The notes under the pieces: generated by a model
The model's input: the letters and a program-made list of their open reading frames with translations, nothing else
Database searches by the model: none
Told to the model about the DNA's origin: nothing
Made by a program: the position numbers and the translations under genes
Shown here: positions 59,259 to 64,000 of the stretch, piece by piece
How the letters are laid out: each line of letters opens with the position of its first letter
Numbering within the stretch: position 1 is the first letter of the stretch
From: Cyanophora paradoxa CCMP329
Lineage: Eukaryota; Plantae; Glaucophyta
Reading direction: 5' to 3'
DNA length: 64,000 bases
Assembly: GCA_004431415.1 (NCBI GenBank)
Contig: QPMI01000294.1
Span: 1-64,000, forward strand

Positions 59259-61501
59259 ATGAGCGGCGAGGCGCTGCGGCTCGTGCGCGACGAGAGCGTC
59301 GGCCGCGCGTACGTCGCGGCGCGGGCGATACGGCGCGGCGAGCTGCTCCTCGAGGAGCGCCCGCTGCTCATCGTCTCCCGCGCCGCCATCGACGAGGCGC
59401 TCGCGCTCGTCGGCTGGCCGCCGCCGGTGCGCCTTGCCTGCGTTAAAAGCGGGCGGCCCCGGAGCTGCGGGTCGAGCGGGCGGCGATCTCTGGCCCAGGT
59501 CGGCTACGACGACGAGCCCGAGGAGTGGGGCGCCCCGCGGGACGGCGGCCGCACGCTCGCCGTCGACGTCGCTCGCCTGCGGGCGTACCTTGCGGCGCCG
59601 CAGGCGATTAGGGACGTCCTTGCGGATCTGTACGCTCCCGAAGACCCGGCCTTTCCCGCCGTGCGGGCCGCCGCGGAGGTCGCCCGCTGGTCCGCTGGGG
59701 CCGATTCGCTCCGTTCGGAATCAAATTCGATCCGCCCGCAGGTTCAAATCGGCCTTTCCCGGCGAGTGCGGCGAGGCCGAAGAGGCGGAGCTCCGGCGCG
59801 CGCTGCTCGTTCTGGACGCGAACGCGCACGACCTCGGCGACAGCGCCGCCGGCGTCTTCCCCGTCCGCCCTTTCTTCCTTCCCTGTACCCCGCAAAGGCA
59901 GCCGCGGACCGAGTACCCCGCAGCGCAGCGCGATGTTCGCGCACTCGTGCGCCCCCGTCGCCCGCTTCGAGCTGCATACCCCCGACGACGACGACGACGT
60001 GCGCGCCGCCCCGTACCCCCCTTCCCCCCCAGAATGGCGTACCCCCTTCCCCCGACGCCACCGCCGCAGGGCTCGCCGCCGCTCCTTCGCCACTGGGCGA
60101 CGGAAGACGTACCCCCGGGCGCCCTCGTCGCGGTGTCTTACCTGGGACACGGCGTCTGGCGCGCCCCGTACCCCCCTGCCAAGCCGAGCCCCCGCCCGCT
60201 GAGCGTGTACCCCCCTTTCTCTCCGCAGGGCCTCCCGCCGCGTTCGCCGCGCCCTTCTCCGCCAGGTAGGCCAAGATCCCGTACCCCTCTTCCCATTGAG
60301 CGCCTCAATTCCCGCTACCCCCCAGGACAAGTTCTTCGACTGCCGATGCCCGCGCTGCTGTGATCCGCGCGACCCGTGCCGCTCCATGCCCTGCCCCGCG
60401 TGCGCGTACCCCTCCGGCTCCTTCCCGTACCCCCGCACATCCTCTAAACCGTATCCCCAGCTGCTGCGCCCCCCTCCGCCGCCCAGACGGCCTCCTCGAC
60501 CCTTCTCGTACCCCACACGCGCCCCTCCCTCTCGTCTGCCCAGTCCTGGACGAGCGCGGGATCGAAACCTGGCCATGTCTCGCCTGTGGCCGGTCCTTCT
60601 CGTACCCCGAGGCGCTCTTCCCCCCCCCCCCCGACACACCGCCGCCTCCGTTTCTAACGCGTACCCCCGCAGGTCCGCGCGGCCGCCCGCATGTCGGAGG
60701 GTACGGAGGACCGCATCGAGCGCCAGGTACCCCCTTGCCCTTCCCTTTAGCCCCCTCCGGGGCCGGACGCGAGGGGGCTACAGGTGATCCACTTCGACCG
60801 CGCGGTCGGGAGCTACGGCGGGCCGGACAGGTGACACCCCCCCTCCTCCTCCTCCTCCCCCCCCCACCCCCTGAACTCCGTACCCCCTCCCAGCCTGGAG
60901 GCGCTGGCGCTGAGGAGGGCGGCGGTGGCGGGGCGGCTGGGCCCGCACCACTGGGCCGCGGTCCGCCTCCGCTTTATAGAAGCCGAGTGCCTCGCGGTGC
61001 GCCCTTTCGTCCTTCTATCTTGCCGTGCCACTGGGCCGCCCTCCGCTTAATTGTAACTTGTTCTTCTTGTTCATATCCTATTTCACTAGGTGCTTCTATC
61101 ATCATGTAATATGCATAGAGCCTAGTTGTTCCGCCCTCTTAAGCGCTCGATGCCTGCCCCCCTCGCCCTATCCCTCCCTTGCAAGTCTCTCCGCCGGCGC
61201 CCGCCCGCCCGCCTCCCCCCCCCTCCCCCCCCCCCCCTCCCGCCCCCCTCCTCTTTCTGAGCACGGGCGGGGCTGGGCTGGGCGGCAGAGCGCGGGGCCG
61301 GCCGCCAGGGACGCCCTCCAGGCCGCAGCCGGCGAGGTGCGCTGCCCGCCTCGGTAAAAGGCCATGCTGCGCCTTCGTTTCTTAGGCCCTAGGCCCGGCC
61401 CCCTCTGGCCCGCCTTAGGCCCTTAGGCCCGGCCCTCTCTGTTCGAACCCTCCGCCGAAGACCGTAGTTGAATGCTGCGCCCTCTTGAGCCCCGGCACCG
61501 C

Positions 61502-61533
<32 letters not shown>

Positions 61534-61895
61534 CCTCCCGCCCCCCCTTCTTCCCTTTTGCCGGCTTCGGCCCCGGCCCCGTGTCGTCCCCGCCCCCGCC
61601 CCGCGCCCCAGAGCTCCCGAGTCGGCTCTCTTCACCTGGGCCCGCTGCTCGCCTACCCGACCCCCGCCCCGCGACCCTTCCCCGCCGCTGTTCTCGCCGC
61701 ATACCCACCACGCCGAGCCTACAATCGGCCCCTGCCTACCGCGCTCTTAAGCCGCCCCCGCTCGGGCTCCCTGCCTGCCTTACCGGTGCCGCCTCGCCTC
61801 GCCGCGCCGCGCAGATCGCGGGGTGGCTTGCCAGGGTGGCCGGCCTGGACCCGGGCCCCCTCCTCGCCGACCTCTACGCCCGCCTCCGCCGCTAG
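59259..61895 (+). CDS. SMYD-type SET-domain methyltransferase, multi-exon (3' end approximate)
   Basis: VGRAYVAARAIRRGELLLEERP, LDANAH, MFAHSCAP, ATEDVPPGALVAVSYL and post-SET FFDCRCPRC. Confidence 0.8.
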
Positions 61896-62295
61896 GGCCC
61901 GTAGGCGCGCGCGCCGGGGCCGGCTCCGGGCCGATCTTTCATGTTTGCACTTGCTGCGCACGAAACGGTGCGGGCCGGGGGGCGCCAGAGGCCTGATTGA
62001 ATTCTTTTATTTCTTTCATGTTTAATTCTACAGGACAGAATCGCCGATCATTGCCTCCGCCCCCACCGCTAGCTGGGGCCAGCCGGCCCGCGGCCCCCCG
62101 ATGGATTCGGGTGGCTCGGCGGTAGTCGACGTCTATCGTAATTAGCACGTCAATGAGTATATATGCATATATTGAAATCAATCGCTGCGTAAATTTAAAG
62201 AACCGTTGAATTCTACGCCGGCCAGCAGGCTACTAGGCTACTCGGGAGATTGTCGAAGATTCGTGGGGCTACTCGCGCCTAGCTGCCCTGAGCTC

Positions 62296-64000
62296 TTATT
62301 TATCGAAGTGCTCGGGAGGGCCCCGGTACCCGATCCCGTCGCAAGAGACCAGGAACGTCGTCGGGGCCCCCGGGTCCTGCTTCACCTGAGGTCGGGGGGG
62401 GGGGGGGGGGGGGGGGAAGGGGGGAGGGATGGATCAGGGGGGGGCAGGGCACAGAGGCGCGGGGAGTACTTGGCACCTCGAACTTGGCTTGCGTCAGGAG
62501 CTCGCAGACCTGCCGGGGGGGAGTACGTCAGACTGGAGCGGTAGAGCGGGGTACGAAGCCGCCATGGAGGGTACGTGCGCGCGCCTGGATGCAGGTCGTG
62601 GCGTGCAGCGTGAGGGGCGGCGTCCGGATCTGCGGGCGAGGGGGGGATTGAGCGCAGAGGGGTACGGCGCGCCGGAGGGGTACGCACGACAGAGCGGCCC
62701 TCCGCGAGCGCCATGTACACGAGAAGCTGATCCTGGGGTGCGGGGTACGGGTTTCGCGGGGGTACGTGAGGCTTCAAGAGGTGGAGGGAGGGTACAGACG
62801 CGCCTGGAGGTGCTGGTCAACGCAGGCACCCGTCGCGAGGTCCTCCGTGAGCTGCTGCGCCGCCGTCTGGCCAACCTGGGGGTACGGGATTGGCTTAGGG
62901 GGTACGCCGGCGGACGGGGCGGGGGCACCTCCTCCGCGCGGACGCCTGCGGCGAAACGAGGCACGAGAGCATTGCCGGGGGCGGGAGTAGGGTGGGCCTG
63001 GAGGTAGGGGTACGAGCTCACCGCGCTCGCCCAGGGCGGAAGCTCCCAGGAGGCAGCCAGCCGAGCTCTCCGCGATGAGCCTGGGGGTGCGGGCTCGATG
63101 CGGATTCGGAAGGGCAGGCGGATTAACGGAGGGAGGGGTACGGACGTGATTCCGGTCCCGTCGCCGAAGGCAGAGTCGCGCGTCTCACGGCGGACCTCCT
63201 TTGCGATCTCGACCTGTACCCCCGTAACGGCAGCGGCGAGCGAGGATTGGGAAGAGGGGGTGTACCCTCTTGCCGAGCTTGGAGCGAAGGAGGGCCTCGG
63301 CAGCGGATATCATACGGTCGGCGACCTGGGGGGTACGCTTCAGAGAAGGGGGGTGAGGAGGAAAAGGGTTGGAGGAAGCTACGTGAGGGGGTACGGATCC
63401 GGCGATGAATGCGATGCAGCTGCGCGGGTACGTGTCGTGAGGAGGGGCGGGGAGGGGTACGGCGTGGAGATGGCACGGAGGGGAGGGGTACGGCACCGTA
63501 CGCGAGTGATGTCGCCCCGCTCCGTCAGCTGCACAGCCCGCAGCGGCCCTTCCATGGGCCGAGCCTGAGGATCGGGAAGAGAAAAGGGTCAGGGGGGGAG
63601 GGAGTGTGGAGGGGTATAGCGGCGGAGACGCGCCTGCACGTGCACAATGCCGCCGCCCTTGGGGTAGTACCCCCTGCGCGGACCTGAGAAGGTGGGGGAC
63701 GGGAGGGGAGGGGGGTACGGGGCACTTCCGCTCGGCCCGCAGATCCACCTCCACTCCGAACCGTGCAAGCGTCGGGCAAAGGACCTGCGCGCCGTCGTAC
63801 GCCCCTCAGGGGGCGGCGCCGAGGAGGGAGGGGGGGGGGGGGGGGCGGAGGGGGGGGGGGGAGGGCGGGTAGAGGAAGCGGGCCTCCGTGACGAAGTCCC
63901 AGGGGGGCGAGTGGGACGTGTCGGTGCCGCCCCTGAGCGTGAGCGCCACGGGGGCCGCCCGCGAGGAGGGGTACAGGACGACGGGGAGAGCGATCTGCGG
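62296..64000 (-). CDS. RTCA: RNA 3'-terminal phosphate cyclase, multi-exon; 5' part outside window
   Basis: LRGGTDVPLAP, GYYPKGGGIV, GDGTGI-LIAES, GACVDQHLQ-DQLLVYMALAEG, TLHATT and VSCDGIG. Confidence 0.88.

Noticed and set aside
52800-64000. Many long Pro/Arg/Gly-rich ORFs in the six-frame track
   Set aside because: These arise from very high GC content and read-through of introns; the real exons belong to HO1, SET and RTCA.

Overview
Eukaryotic nuclear DNA from a GC-rich, intron-dense alga. A plant-type heme oxygenase with an MAF-starting transit peptide suggests a primary-plastid lineage, possibly a glaucophyte (inference). The window holds two related but distinct AT-rich endogenous Polinton-like viruses (PLVs). 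PLV-1 (<1-19982, left end outside the window) encodes a patatin-F5/8C fusion, two minor capsid proteins, MCP, A32 ATPase, PrimPol-D5 helicase, a pPolB with a degenerate proofreading domain and an rve integrase. It also carries iteron-like palindromes. PLV-2 (39525-50764, about 11.2 kb) is complete, with TIRs and a (T)CCAAG target-site duplication, and encodes ATPase, MCP, mCP, pPolB and integrase. Both elements interrupt what appears to be one giant minus-strand host gene for a secreted multi-domain protein (CUB, PPC-like, WD40, IPT/TIG, beta-helix repeats); removing PLV-2 restores its reading frame. Non-structural genes of both elements share a giant-virus-like upstream motif. To the right lie three small non-autonomous DNA transposons and three housekeeping genes (heme oxygenase, SMYD-type SET protein, RNA 3'-phosphate cyclase) with short, often GC-AG, introns. 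Most viral frameshifts are 1-bp deletions in homopolymers and may be assembly errors. Host exon boundaries are approximate.
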